Position numbers and translations under genes: made by a program. DNA of 64,000 nt from assembly GCA_044225365.1 (NCBI GenBank), contig JBGAIQ010000004.1:32001-96000 (forward strand). Direction: 5' to 3'. Shown piece by piece: positions 8,454-18,284 of this stretch. Positions within the stretch are counted from its first letter, which is position 1. The number at the start of each line of letters is the position of its first letter. This DNA is from Planctomycetota bacterium. Its GTDB lineage: Bacteria; Planctomycetota; B15-G4; JADJEK01. The notes under the pieces are model-generated. The model was not told where the DNA came from, ran no database searches, and was given only the letters and a program-made list of their open reading frames with translations.

Positions 8454-11400
8454 TTGATCCTCGCGATCATCTCCTTCTCGATGCGTCATCGCCTCGGCGT
8501 CCTGCTCGGCACGTTCGCGCTCGCCGCCCTCGGCGTCTTCGCGATGCGATCGACTCCGATCGACGCGCTTCCCGATCTCTCGGAGAACCAGATCCTCGTC
8601 TTCACCGAGTGGCCAGGGCGCAGCCCCCACGAGGTCGAGGATCAGATCACGCAGCCGCTCTCGACGAGCCTCACCGGACTCGCGGGCGTCCGCACGGTTC
8701 GCGCCGCATCGGAGTTCGGCTACTCGCTGATCCACGTCATCTTCGACGACTCCGTGGACTACTACTTCGCCCGCGCGCGCGTCGGCGAACGCCTCCAGAT
8801 CGCCGGCGCGAGACTGCCCTCGGGATCCACGCCGAGCCTCGCTCCCGACGCAACGGCCCTCGGACAGATCTTTTGGTACACGATCGAGGGCGAGAACGTC
8901 GACCTCGCGGAACGAAGAGCGATCCAGGACTTCGAGGTGCGCCCCGCGCTCGCTGCCGTCGAAGGCGTTGCCGAGGTGGCGACCGCAGGCGGAGTCCCGA
9001 CCGAATACCAGATCGATCTCGATCCTAGCCGACTGCTCGCACTCGACGTCTCGCTGTCGCAGATCACGACTGCGATCGAGCGCAGCAATTCCGCAGTCGG
9101 AGGGAATTCGATCGCGAGCGACTCCGGGGCGATTCGCGTGCGCGGAGTCTCGTGGGTCCGGAGCATCGCGGATCTGGAGTCGATTCCGATCGCCGACCGC
9201 AGCGGAACTCCCTTGCAACTTCGCGACGTCGCGCACGTCCAACTCGGACCCGGATTCCGACGAGGCGTTCTCGAGAGGAACGGCGCGGAGACGGTCGGCG
9301 GCGTGGTGTCGATGCGCGTCGGCGAAGACCCGCTCAGCGTGACGCAGCGCATCCACGCGAAGATCGACGAGATCGCGAAGAGTCTGCGCAGCGGCGTGAG
9401 CATCGTGCCGTTCTACGAACGCACTCGCCTCATCGAGAGTGCGACGACATCGCTGCGCGACACCCTTCTCGAGGAAATTCTCGTCGCGAGCATCGCCGTT
9501 CTCCTGATCTTGGCGCACGCGCGGTCCACCCTTCTCGTCTGCGCGACGGTTCCGCTCGCGATCCTCGTCTCGTTCATCGCGATGCGCGCTCTCTCGATCC
9601 CGAGCAACATCATGTCGCTCTCCGGCATCGCGATCTCGATCGGCGTACTGATCGATGCGGCGATCGTGATGACCGAGAACGCGCATCACCGCCTCGCGGA
9701 GGAATTCCGCGATCGACCCGTGAGCGGGGACACGACGCCCACCATCCTCCGTGCGTGCGAGACCGTCGGACGCCCGTTGTTCTTCTCGGTGTTGATCGCC
9801 GCGTTGCCCTTCACGTTCGTCCTCGCGCTCCACGGCACCGAGGGCAAGCTGTTCCATCCTCTCGCCTGGACGAAGCTCTTCGCCTTCCTCGGCGTCGGAC
9901 TGCTCGCGATCACGCTCGTGCCGGCGCTCCTGCCGACGGTGCTTCGAGGACGGCTATCCGCTGCGGAGGACAACTGGATCGTTCGTAGCGTCGCCGCGGT
10001 CTACCGCCCGCTGCTCTCGTTCTGCCTGCGAAGTCCGGACCTGCTCCTCGTCGTCACGGGAATCCTCGTCATCGTCCCGGCCGCTCTCGCGCCGAGGACG
10101 TTTCCGTACACGATCGTCGCCGCCGTCCTGCCGTTCTGCGCGGTGCTCCCGATTGCATGGTTCGCGCGCCGCAAACTCACGTGCGCCGCGCTCGTGCTCG
10201 CATTGGGCGCCGGCGCTGCGGCTCTCGTGCGGCCGCTCGGCGAGGAGTTCATGCCGCGGCTCGACGAGGGCACGATCGTCGACATGCCCGTGACGTCGCC
10301 CACGATCTCCATCGACCGCGCACGCGCCGATCTGATCGCGCGCGATGCGTTGCTGCGCTCGTTCCCGGAAGTCAGTCTCGTCGTCGGGAAGGCCGGCCGT
10401 GCGGAAACAGCGACGGATCCGAGTCCGCTGAACATGATCGAGACGATCGTCGATCTGCGCCCACGGGAGCAATGGCTCCACCGAAAGATCTCGCTCGAGG
10501 ATGCACTCGATGAGGCGGAGCGCGTCCTCGATTCGATCGCCGCACTCGACCCGTCGATTGCAACGAACGGAGCGACGCGAAACGTCGACCGCACCGCCGC
10601 CGCGACGCGCGCGATCGATCGCTTCGACGACTACGCGCGCGACTTGTCGAGCCGGCGGCTCGCCGCCGCGAGGGACGATGCGGAAGTACGCGCAACGATC
10701 GCGAAGCTCGATCAGGAACTCGTGGAGATCGGCGCGCCGCGATTCGTGGAGATGCTGGCGCAGGAACTCCTCGCCGCGGCGAGACCCGGTCCGGTGGACT
10801 CGACTCTCGCAACGAAGATCGCGAACGAACGCGGAGGTCCTTTCGCACGCCGCGTCCTCTTCCAGCGCAAGGACGCGGCCGATCTGCACGAGGAGTTCGA
10901 TCGGGTGGTCTCGATCCCGGGCTGGGGGAACATCTGGACGGCTCCGATCGTGAATCGGATCGACATGCTCGCCACCGGGATCCGCACTCCCGTCGGGATC
11001 AAAGTGTTCGGCGACGATCGCACCTCGACCGAGTCCACGCTCGCGAAATTGTCGGAGTGGACGCGCAGGATCGTCTCCGTCGTGCGGCGAGTCGACGGCG
11101 CGAGCGAGGTCTTCGGCGATCCCACCGACGGGAATTCGTACCTCGAGATCACGATCGATCGAGAGCGGGCGGCGCGCGCGGGCGTCGCCGCGACGGACAT
11201 CGACGATGCGATCGAGACCGCGATCGGGGGAAGGAGCGTCGGAACGACGGTGGAAGGTCGCCGTCGATTCGCGATCCGCGTCCGATACGCCCGCGACTTC
11301 ATTGCCGACACCGAGTCGCTCGGCCGCGTGCTCGTCCACCCTTCGCTCGCGAGCGATTCTCCCGCGGACGCTGTCGGAATCCCCCTTTCCGCGGTCGCAA

Positions 11401-12128
11401 CGCTAAGGCTCGAACCCGGCCCATCGATGATCGCGAGCGAGAACGGTGCGCTCCTGCGCGTCATCAGCGCGAGCGTGAAGGATCGCGATCTCCTCGGGTT
11501 CGTCGACGAGGCGCGGCGCGAGGTCGAAGCGAACGTTCCTTTACCTGCGGGATTCCGCGTCGAGTGGAGTGGCGAATACGAACAGCAGGTCCACGCACGC
11601 GACACGCTGCAGTTCGTGGTACCCGCGGTGCTCCTGCTCGTGCTCCTGCTCCTCCACCTCACCTATCGCGACGCGGCGTTCACGGGGATCATGGCGCTCG
11701 CCGTCCCGGGAGCGATCGCCGGCGGCGCGCTGTTCCAGTGGCTCTGCTCGATCCCGTTCTCCGTCGCAGTGGCCGTGGGCTACATCTCGTGTTTCGGAAT
11801 GGCGACGGGAACCGCGATCGTCATGTTGGTCTACCTGCGCGAAGCGGTCGAGCGGCGCGGCGGGATCCACGCGATGAAGAGCGACTCCTCGCTCGCGGAG
11901 GCCGTGCTCGAAGGCGCCGTGAAGCGACTGCGGCCAAAGCTCCTCACCGAGAGCACGATGATCCTCGGACTCGCACCCCTGATCTTCGCGACTGGAGTTG
12001 GTTCGGAGATCCTGAAGCCGATGGCGGCGCCGATCCTCGGCGGGATCCTGGTCGCCGACGAGGTGATCGACCTGCTCGTGCCCGTGCTGTTCTACGCGGT
12101 GATGCGTCGAAGACGATGGCCCGCGTGA
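8454..12128 (+). CDS. cusA: CusA/CzcA family heavy-metal RND permease (Cu/Ag type)
   Basis: PIDALPDLSENQ, NIMSLSGIAISIG, EFMPRLDEG, GRAETATDPSPLNM, NRIDMLATG, RLRPK; equivalents of the CusA Met triad present; TTG start 2 nt after the cusB stop. Confidence 0.92.
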   Translation: MILAIISFSMRHRLGVLLGTFALAALGVFAMRSTPIDALPDLSENQILVFTEWPGRSPHEVEDQITQPLSTSLTGLAGVRTVRAASEFGYSLIHVIFDDSVDYYFARARVGERLQIAGARLPSGSTPSLAPDATALGQIFWYTIEGENVDLAERRAIQDFEVRPALAAVEGVAEVATAGGVPTEYQIDLDPSRLLALDVSLSQITTAIERSNSAVGGNSIASDSGAIRVRGVSWVRSIADLESIPIADRSGTPLQLRDVAHVQLGPGFRRGVLERNGAETVGGVVSMRVGEDPLSVTQRIHAKIDEIAKSLRSGVSIVPFYERTRLIESATTSLRDTLLEEILVASIAVLLILAHARSTLLVCATVPLAILVSFIAMRALSIPSNIMSLSGIAISIGVLIDAAIVMTENAHHRLAEEFRDRPVSGDTTPTILRACETVGRPLFFSVLIAALPFTFVLALHGTEGKLFHPLAWTKLFAFLGVGLLAITLVPALLPTVLRGRLSAAEDNWIVRSVAAVYRPLLSFCLRSPDLLLVVTGILVIVPAALAPRTFPYTIVAAVLPFCAVLPIAWFARRKLTCAALVLALGAGAAALVRPLGEEFMPRLDEGTIVDMPVTSPTISIDRARADLIARDALLRSFPEVSLVVGKAGRAETATDPSPLNMIETIVDLRPREQWLHRKISLEDALDEAERVLDSIAALDPSIATNGATRNVDRTAAATRAIDRFDDYARDLSSRRLAAARDDAEVRATIAKLDQELVEIGAPRFVEMLAQELLAAARPGPVDSTLATKIANERGGPFARRVLFQRKDAADLHEEFDRVVSIPGWGNIWTAPIVNRIDMLATGIRTPVGIKVFGDDRTSTESTLAKLSEWTRRIVSVVRRVDGASEVFGDPTDGNSYLEITIDRERAARAGVAATDIDDAIETAIGGRSVGTTVEGRRRFAIRVRYARDFIADTESLGRVLVHPSLASDSPADAVGIPLSAVATLRLEPGPSMIASENGALLRVISASVKDRDLLGFVDEARREVEANVPLPAGFRVEWSGEYEQQVHARDTLQFVVPAVLLLVLLLLHLTYRDAAFTGIMALAVPGAIAGGALFQWLCSIPFSVAVAVGYISCFGMATGTAIVMLVYLREAVERRGGIHAMKSDSSLAEAVLEGAVKRLRPKLLTESTMILGLAPLIFATGVGSEILKPMAAPILGGILVADEVIDLLVPVLFYAVMRRRRWPA

Positions 12129-12163
12129 CAGCGTACGATTCGACGACTCGCCGCGCGTGAGGG

Positions 12164-13192
12164 TCAGTTCCCCTTCAGGAGCGGGATGAGCGCATCGGCG
12201 AGCGCGGCGGCTGCGACTTCCGACCCTTCGGCGTCGGGATGCACGGGATCGCCGGGCTGCGCGGTGCTACGGCCCGTCGCCTTGAAGTGCTCGGCGAACG
12301 GCGGCAGCAGATCGACGACACGGAGTCCGAGACCCATCGCGATCTTGGCGACCGTCTCGTGCTGCTTCTTGTTCGGATAGTTGTCGAGGTGTTCGAGCCA
12401 TGGCACGATCGCGACCGTCGCCGGGATCTTCGCCTTCGCACAGTAACGCGCGATCCGACCAAATCCGTCTTCGACGACGCTGAAGTCCTCGGACCATCCC
12501 TTCCCGCTCACGGCCTTGTTCCCGGCGACCGGAAGCGGAGGTGGATCGATGAATCGGTAGTAGAGGACGCGAATCAGATGCGAGTGCGTGAGCACGGCGC
12601 GCTGGAAGGGGGACAATTTGGGCAGCGACTTGGTTCGCGCCCAATCGTCCTTGCGTCCCTGCTTGTTCGCTTCGCGCATCAGGTCTTCAGGGACGGCGTC
12701 GCCGGGCAATCGCGTGGTGTCGTTCAGGCAGTAGAGGACGACGACTTGATCGGGCTCGATCGCGCCGCCGTAGACCTCGAGCCACCGCCCCTCCTGGATC
12801 GAGTTGTAGGCGACGACACCGGCGTTCAGGACTTCGGCGTCGATGCCGCGACCCTTCAGGCGAGATTCCAACTTCTGCTCGATCGTCTGATCCGCTTCGA
12901 GTCCGTATCCGAATGCGATCGAGTCGCCGAGGAAGAGGATTCGGGGCGTCCCTTTCTTGTCGCGTGGATTCCGGAGTTCCGGACCGCGAAGTCCGAGCGA
13001 GTTCATCCCCGGCGCAGACTTCGAATTGGTCCAGCCGAGGATCGGGTCTTCGGAAGCCGCGTGCTGACCGAATTCGATCGCGCCGAACCCGGGGGCAAGA
13101 CCGAGGATGCGCACGGCCCCTTCCGCCACGAAGAGGAGGATCGTGGTCGTCACGACCAGCAGGAGGATCTTGCTGACGATACGGGGAACCAT
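12164..13192 (-). CDS. SGNH/GDSL hydrolase family protein, membrane anchored
   Basis: N-terminal TM; LGDSIAFG, NAGVVAYN, CLND, DPVHP. Confidence 0.85.
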   Translation of the reverse strand: MVPRIVSKILLLVVTTTILLFVAEGAVRILGLAPGFGAIEFGQHAASEDPILGWTNSKSAPGMNSLGLRGPELRNPRDKKGTPRILFLGDSIAFGYGLEADQTIEQKLESRLKGRGIDAEVLNAGVVAYNSIQEGRWLEVYGGAIEPDQVVVLYCLNDTTRLPGDAVPEDLMREANKQGRKDDWARTKSLPKLSPFQRAVLTHSHLIRVLYYRFIDPPPLPVAGNKAVSGKGWSEDFSVVEDGFGRIARYCAKAKIPATVAIVPWLEHLDNYPNKKQHETVAKIAMGLGLRVVDLLPPFAEHFKATGRSTAQPGDPVHPDAEGSEVAAAALADALIPLLKGN

Positions 13193-13392
13193 GGTCGCAG
13201 TGTAGCAGGCGCTCCTCGAAGTCGACCGCGGAGGCCTTCCCGATTCGAGTCGGCGCTCGCGAGCCGTCGGGTAGGAGGAGCCTCACGTGCGACACTCCGT
13301 CCGGCTCCACGACTGGCCGGGATGTGCGGAATCGGGTATCCTCCGACGTCTTGGACCCGCGAATCGAATCAGGATCGCACCGAGGGAACTGA

Positions 13393-15210
13393 ATGACTCG
13401 ACGGAACGACGACTCCGCGAACCGGACCGGCTGCGATCCGGAAAGTGCACGTTCGCGCGCGTTCCGTGCGTCGATCTTCGTCGCACTCGTACCGCTCGCC
13501 GCACTCACCGCCTTCGCACAGAGTCCCCTCAGCTCGAGCGGCACCCACTCGGCCAGTACGCAGGGCAGTAGCTCGGGAGCGACCGTTCAGAACGGCGATC
13601 CGGCTGCGTTCGGCGAATGGGATGGCCCGTGGCAGTTGCCGCTGTCGCCGTACTTGAAGGAGATCGCCCACGCCAGCGTGCTGCCGAACGAGTCGGGCCG
13701 CGTGATCTTCTGGACGCGAATCGATCAGTGCGACAACACGTTGAACTTCCGTCCGACCGAGACGTGGATCTGGAATCCCGCGAATCCGGGCGTCGTCCCG
13801 CCGGCGACGCTCGTTCCGAACGACCCGTACACCGACATGTTCTGCGCGGGCACGACGTTCGACTCGAACGGCAACCTCGTCGTCGCGGGCGGCCACGACG
13901 CGGGGATCGAATGCTCGACGCAGGCCTACGGGACCGCGTACGGCATCGCGAACGCGTTCCGGTTCGTGCACGAGCCCGGCAAGGCACCCGAGAACGAACA
14001 TTGGGAAGCCCTCGGCACGATGAGCCGCCAGCGATGGTATCCCACCGCGCTCGCGCTCGCCGACGGCAGCATCCTCGTGAGCGGGCACTTCGATCTCCCC
14101 GCCGGTCAGGGTCCGAAGACCGTCGAGGCCCTCGATCGTTGGACGAGCGACGCGGGGTGGAACACGACGCCGTTGCCCAACAGGACGATCAAGCTCTCTT
14201 CGGGAGCGTGTTCGGACTCGCTGCTCGTCATCACCGATTATCCTCGCACGTTCGTCCTCGCGCATTCCGGCGAGGTGATGATCGCGAGCGGTGTGAACTC
14301 CCTCACCGCGTTCCTCCGGCAGAACGATCCGACGTGCTCGGTCGATTCCTGGCGCTGGCGAGTGAACACGCTGCCGGGCAGTCGGATGGTCGCGCGCGAA
14401 GGCGGCAACGCGGTGCATTACGTGTTGCCGGACGAGACGAACCCCGGCGTCGTTCACGACGTCGTGTACGTCATCGCTGGAGCGGTACACGATGCGACGT
14501 GCCTGCCCGCCCCATTCATCACCGCAACCGTCGACAAGATGGTCGATCCCGAATGGACGAAGTCTTGGGACACCTCGACTCCCGACATGCACCTCTCGCG
14601 CAGTGACTGCAATTCGGTCGTCTTGCTCGACGGATCGATCCTCACGATCGGCGGGTACGGCGACATGATCAACTCGACCTGCACGTCGCGCCTCAAGCCC
14701 GAGATGTATCGTCCGCCCGAGTTGTTCGCCGACTCGAGGGGCTGGGCCTTCATGGCCCCGCAGACGCACGAGCGGCGTTATCACTCGGTCGCAGGATTGC
14801 TCCCCGATGGGCGCGTCTTCTCGGCGGGCGGCGACGAACCGGGCGTGTCGCATCACTCGATCGAGATCTTCAGTCCGCCGTACATGGCGCACGGACAGCG
14901 GCCCTTGGTCTCGACGATGTCGACGACGGATTGGTCGTGGAATCACCCCGTGAAACTCTCGGTCAGTCTCGCGCCAGGCGCATCGGTGGCGCGGGTCGCG
15001 CTCCTGCGTCCCGGATCGATCACGCATGCGTTCGACATGAACCAGCGTTACATCCAATTGCGCCTCACCGGGAATCCCGTCGGACCCAATCCGACGATCA
15101 CCGTCGTTTCGCCAAAGGACTGGAACGTCGCCCCGCCCGGCTACTACTTCGTCACGGTCATCGATACCGAAGGCCGCCCGAGCCCCGCCCGCCTCGTCCG
15201 CATCCATTGA
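13393..15210 (+). CDS. Secreted galactose/glyoxal oxidase-like copper radical oxidase (Kelch + DUF1929)
   Basis: Signal peptide; DMFCAG (cross-link Cys), RWYPT (Tyr), RRYHS (Tyr/His), ITHAFDMNQR (His); C-terminal APPGYY...GRPS. Confidence 0.88.
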   Translation: MTRRNDDSANRTGCDPESARSRAFRASIFVALVPLAALTAFAQSPLSSSGTHSASTQGSSSGATVQNGDPAAFGEWDGPWQLPLSPYLKEIAHASVLPNESGRVIFWTRIDQCDNTLNFRPTETWIWNPANPGVVPPATLVPNDPYTDMFCAGTTFDSNGNLVVAGGHDAGIECSTQAYGTAYGIANAFRFVHEPGKAPENEHWEALGTMSRQRWYPTALALADGSILVSGHFDLPAGQGPKTVEALDRWTSDAGWNTTPLPNRTIKLSSGACSDSLLVITDYPRTFVLAHSGEVMIASGVNSLTAFLRQNDPTCSVDSWRWRVNTLPGSRMVAREGGNAVHYVLPDETNPGVVHDVVYVIAGAVHDATCLPAPFITATVDKMVDPEWTKSWDTSTPDMHLSRSDCNSVVLLDGSILTIGGYGDMINSTCTSRLKPEMYRPPELFADSRGWAFMAPQTHERRYHSVAGLLPDGRVFSAGGDEPGVSHHSIEIFSPPYMAHGQRPLVSTMSTTDWSWNHPVKLSVSLAPGASVARVALLRPGSITHAFDMNQRYIQLRLTGNPVGPNPTITVVSPKDWNVAPPGYYFVTVIDTEGRPSPARLVRIH

Positions 15211-15218
15211 TCGAATCC

Positions 15219-15544
15219 GGCGGTCACGGATCGCAGCCGCCGCCGCCGGTTTCGGCGGTCACGGATCGCAGCCGCCGCCGCCGGTTTCGGCGGTCACGGA
15301 TCGCAGCCGCCGCCGCCGGTTTCGGCGGTCACGATCGCAGCCGCCGCCGGTTTCGGCGGTCACGGATCGCAGCCGCCGCCGCCGCAGCCGCCGCCGCCGG
15401 TTTCGGCGGTCACGGATCGCAGCCGCCGCCGCCGGTTTCGGCGGTCACGGATCGCAGCCGCCGCCGCCGGTTTCGGCGGTTACGGATCGCAGCCGCCGCC
15501 GCCGCTTTCGGCGGTCACGGATCGCAGCCGCCGCCGCCGCTTTC
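15219..15544 (+). repeat. Tandem array of nine ~35-bp REP-like palindromic units (GGCGGTCACGGATCGCAGCCGCCGCCGCCGGTTTC)
   Basis: Nine head-to-tail copies (one 31 bp, one ~50 bp) starting 9 nt after the oxidase stop; no unique spacers. Confidence 0.9.
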
Positions 15545-15571
15545 GGCGGGCGGGCGGTCGAAGACCCCGAG

Positions 15572-15599
15572 TTGACGCATCCGTCCTACGTGGTAAGGT
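15572..15599 (+). promoter_or_regulatory. Putative sigma70 promoter (extended -10)
   Basis: TTGACG-N16-TAAGGT with TG upstream of the -10. Confidence 0.5.
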
Positions 15600-15618
15600 T
15601 TTTGGAAGTCGTTCTCGT

Positions 15619-15775
15619 GGCCGAGTAGCCCTCTCGGTCGCGCCGCGTGAAAGTAGCAACGGATAACGGGATGCTCGTCGTGAACCGAGTCTCGGACGAG
15701 GCACGGGCGCGCGTGACCGCAGTCCGCCCCACCGCAGAGATCGGCCCCTCGACCGTCACGCCGTGAGTCGGTCGC
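15619..15775 (+). ncRNA. Candidate structured 5' leader RNA (unassigned family)
   Basis: Several nested or alternative stems, and a purine-rich junction GAAAGTAGCAACGGATAACGGG, between the promoter and the AGGAG RBS. Confidence 0.35.
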
Positions 15776-15797
15776 ACGTTCGAATCAGGAGTTCCTC

Positions 15798-18284
15798 ATG
15801 CAGACCCCGATCCACAAAGTCGCAGGCAGAGAGTGGATGTTCTGCGCGTTGATCGCTCTTCCGGCGACCGCGATGGGAAACGACGTGCCCGCGCCGCGGA
15901 GCGCCCCTCACCTCCCAGCGGCGTTCATCGAGAACGCGGGTCAGTTCGATCCCGCGGTGCGATTCCAGATGAGTAGCGCCGCGATGACGGCGTGGTTCGC
16001 TCCGGATCGATTCTTGCTCGACCTGCGGGCGAAGGACGCGAGTCGAAGCGGATGCGTGCTCGCTTTCACGTTCGAAGGCGCGGCGGCGACGACCCATCTC
16101 GACGGGTCCGACGAACTCAGCACGAAGTTCCACTACTACCGCGGAAACGACCCCCAGCGCTGGGCCGACGCGCGCGGCTTCCAATCGCTCGGCTATCGCG
16201 ATCTGTATCCAGGGATCGATGTCGCGTTCCGACGCGTCGAGGGGGAACTCGAGTACGACATCATCGCGAGCCGGAATGCGCACACGACCGACGTCGTGGT
16301 GCGCTGCGATGGCGCCGACTCGCTGTCGATCGACGACGACGGCTCCCTCCGCATCGACACGGCCGCGGGAACCCTGCGCCAGCCTCCGCCGCGCACGATG
16401 AAATTGAACCCCGATGGGTCGCGCACCCCAGTCGACAGCCGATTCAAACTCCTCGACGCCGATCGCTTCGGCTTCGAAGTCGACGGCACGACGGACGACG
16501 CGATCGTGATCGACCCGACTCTCGTCTATTCGACGTATCTCGACGGCGTCGTCGACGAATACGGCAAGGCGATCGAGGTCGATGCCAACGGCGTCGCGAC
16601 GATCGTCGGCCTCACGCAGTCGTCGGACTTCCCGACGACGGTCGGCGCCTACGACACGTCGTTCAACGGCAACTACGACGCAATCCTCGTGCGCCTCAAC
16701 GCCGCAGGCAGCGGACTCGCCTACGCAACGTTCTTCGGCGGCACGAACGACGACCGCGCGTTCGGCGTCGCGTTCGACTCGCTCGGAAACACGTACGTGA
16801 CGGGCACGACGAAGTCGACGAACTTCCCGACCACCGCGGGTGTGTTCCAGACCACGCTGAAGGGCGCCGCCGACGCCTACGCCGCGAAGTTCAACTCGAA
16901 CGGCGGACTCTTGTTCTCGACCTACCTCGGCGGCACGAACACCGAATCCGGCCACGACATCACCGTCGATTCGCTGAATCGGCCGGTGGTCACCGGCGGC
17001 ACGTTCTCCGTCGACTTCCCGACGACGGCGGGCGCATTCAGCACCACGTACGGCGGCACGACGACGGGCGTGTACGGCGACGGCTACGTCGCGCGCCTCA
17101 ACGCCACCGCCACCGCCCTCGTCTCCGGCACCTACCTCGGCGGTGCCTCGGACGACGAGACGAATCACATCGCGATCGACGCGACCGACGACGCCTACGT
17201 CGTCGGCGTGGGCGGTTCCGCTTTCCCGACGACGGTCGGTGCGTTCGACACGATCTACAATGGCGGCCCCGCCGATTGCTTCCTCGCGCGCGTGAACCCG
17301 ACGGGCGGCCTCGTGTTCTCGACGTTCGTCGGCGGCGGCGCGAACGACATCGCGAACAGCGTGGCGTCCGTGCCGGAAGGCGGGGCGTTGTTCTGCGGGT
17401 CCACGGGATCGACGGACTTCCCGACCACTCCCGGCGCGTGGGACACCACGTTCAACGGCAGCACGTTCGACGCTCTCGTCGTCAAGGTCGACGCGACGGG
17501 CACGAGCCTCGTCTATGCCACGTTCCTCGGCGGCGCGCAGAAGGACTTCGGCCAGGCGGTCGCGACCGACGGCGCGGGTCGCGCCTACGTCACCGGAAAC
17601 ACGAACTCGACGAACTTCCCGACGACGCCGGGTGCGTGGGACACGACCGCGAACGGCGCGAACGATCTTTATGTCGCAAAGCTCGACACGGCCGGCGCGA
17701 CGCTGCAGTACTCGAGCTTCGTCGGCGGCACCGGCGAAGAATTCGACTACGGGATCGCGGTCGATCCGCGCGGCGGGGTGTACTTCACGGGCTACACCGC
17801 GGGCACCTATCCGACGACCGTCGGCGCGTTCGACACGACGCCGAAGGGCGCGAACGACGCCGTCGTCACCAAATTCGATCTGTGCTCCGGCACCTTCTCG
17901 ACCTACGGCACGGGTTGCGTGGGCAGTGGCGGATTCGTTCCGTCGCTCTCTGGTTCGGGATGTCCGGCGGGCGGATTCGACGTCACGCTCACGATCTCGC
18001 AGGGCCTCGGCGGCTCCACCGCGTTGCTCTTCTTCGGTCTTGGACAAGGCACGCTGCCGGTGATCCCGACGTGCGCGCTCCAGGTGGCTCCGATCATCCC
18101 GCAGTTCACGCTCGCGGTCCCGCTCTTCGGCGCAGGCCCGGGCGGAGGAGCGATCCCTCTCACCGGAGCGATCCCACCCGAAGCGTTCCCGTTCGACGTG
18201 TACATGCAGGCTCTCGTCGGCGATCCCGGCGCCAACGCCGGCATCGCTTCCACCAATCCGCTCAAGATGCACATCGGTCCCTGA
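15798..18284 (+). CDS. Secreted SBBP (beta-propeller) repeat protein with C-terminal putative sorting domain
   Basis: FIENAGQ...YRDLYPGID...IDPTLVYSTYL N-terminal domain; repeated (Y/F)STYLGG...D/VD..G..YVTG.T.STNFPTT.GA.DTT units; AGGAG RBS. Confidence 0.88.
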   Translation: MQTPIHKVAGREWMFCALIALPATAMGNDVPAPRSAPHLPAAFIENAGQFDPAVRFQMSSAAMTAWFAPDRFLLDLRAKDASRSGCVLAFTFEGAAATTHLDGSDELSTKFHYYRGNDPQRWADARGFQSLGYRDLYPGIDVAFRRVEGELEYDIIASRNAHTTDVVVRCDGADSLSIDDDGSLRIDTAAGTLRQPPPRTMKLNPDGSRTPVDSRFKLLDADRFGFEVDGTTDDAIVIDPTLVYSTYLDGVVDEYGKAIEVDANGVATIVGLTQSSDFPTTVGAYDTSFNGNYDAILVRLNAAGSGLAYATFFGGTNDDRAFGVAFDSLGNTYVTGTTKSTNFPTTAGVFQTTLKGAADAYAAKFNSNGGLLFSTYLGGTNTESGHDITVDSLNRPVVTGGTFSVDFPTTAGAFSTTYGGTTTGVYGDGYVARLNATATALVSGTYLGGASDDETNHIAIDATDDAYVVGVGGSAFPTTVGAFDTIYNGGPADCFLARVNPTGGLVFSTFVGGGANDIANSVASVPEGGALFCGSTGSTDFPTTPGAWDTTFNGSTFDALVVKVDATGTSLVYATFLGGAQKDFGQAVATDGAGRAYVTGNTNSTNFPTTPGAWDTTANGANDLYVAKLDTAGATLQYSSFVGGTGEEFDYGIAVDPRGGVYFTGYTAGTYPTTVGAFDTTPKGANDAVVTKFDLCSGTFSTYGTGCVGSGGFVPSLSGSGCPAGGFDVTLTISQGLGGSTALLFFGLGQGTLPVIPTCALQVAPIIPQFTLAVPLFGAGPGGGAIPLTGAIPPEAFPFDVYMQALVGDPGANAGIASTNPLKMHIGP

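Noticed and set aside
15219-15544. Possible CRISPR array
   Set aside because: Units abut with near-constant 6-nt linkers, there are no unique 25-45 nt spacers and no cas genes; the same applies to 51812-52021 and 42084-42264
14931-15575. 214-aa ORF with repeated GGHGSQPPPP/RRRR peptides (and the similar ORF at 51717-52202) as a RiPP precursor
   Set aside because: Translation of the 35-bp DNA repeat; the period is not a multiple of 3, so the peptide changes frame, and there is no RBS or leader
15619-15720. yybP-ykoY (Mn) or c-di-GMP riboswitch assignment for the leader
   Set aside because: Only GAGTAGC resembles yybP; the other conserved elements are missing, so it is kept as an unassigned candidate
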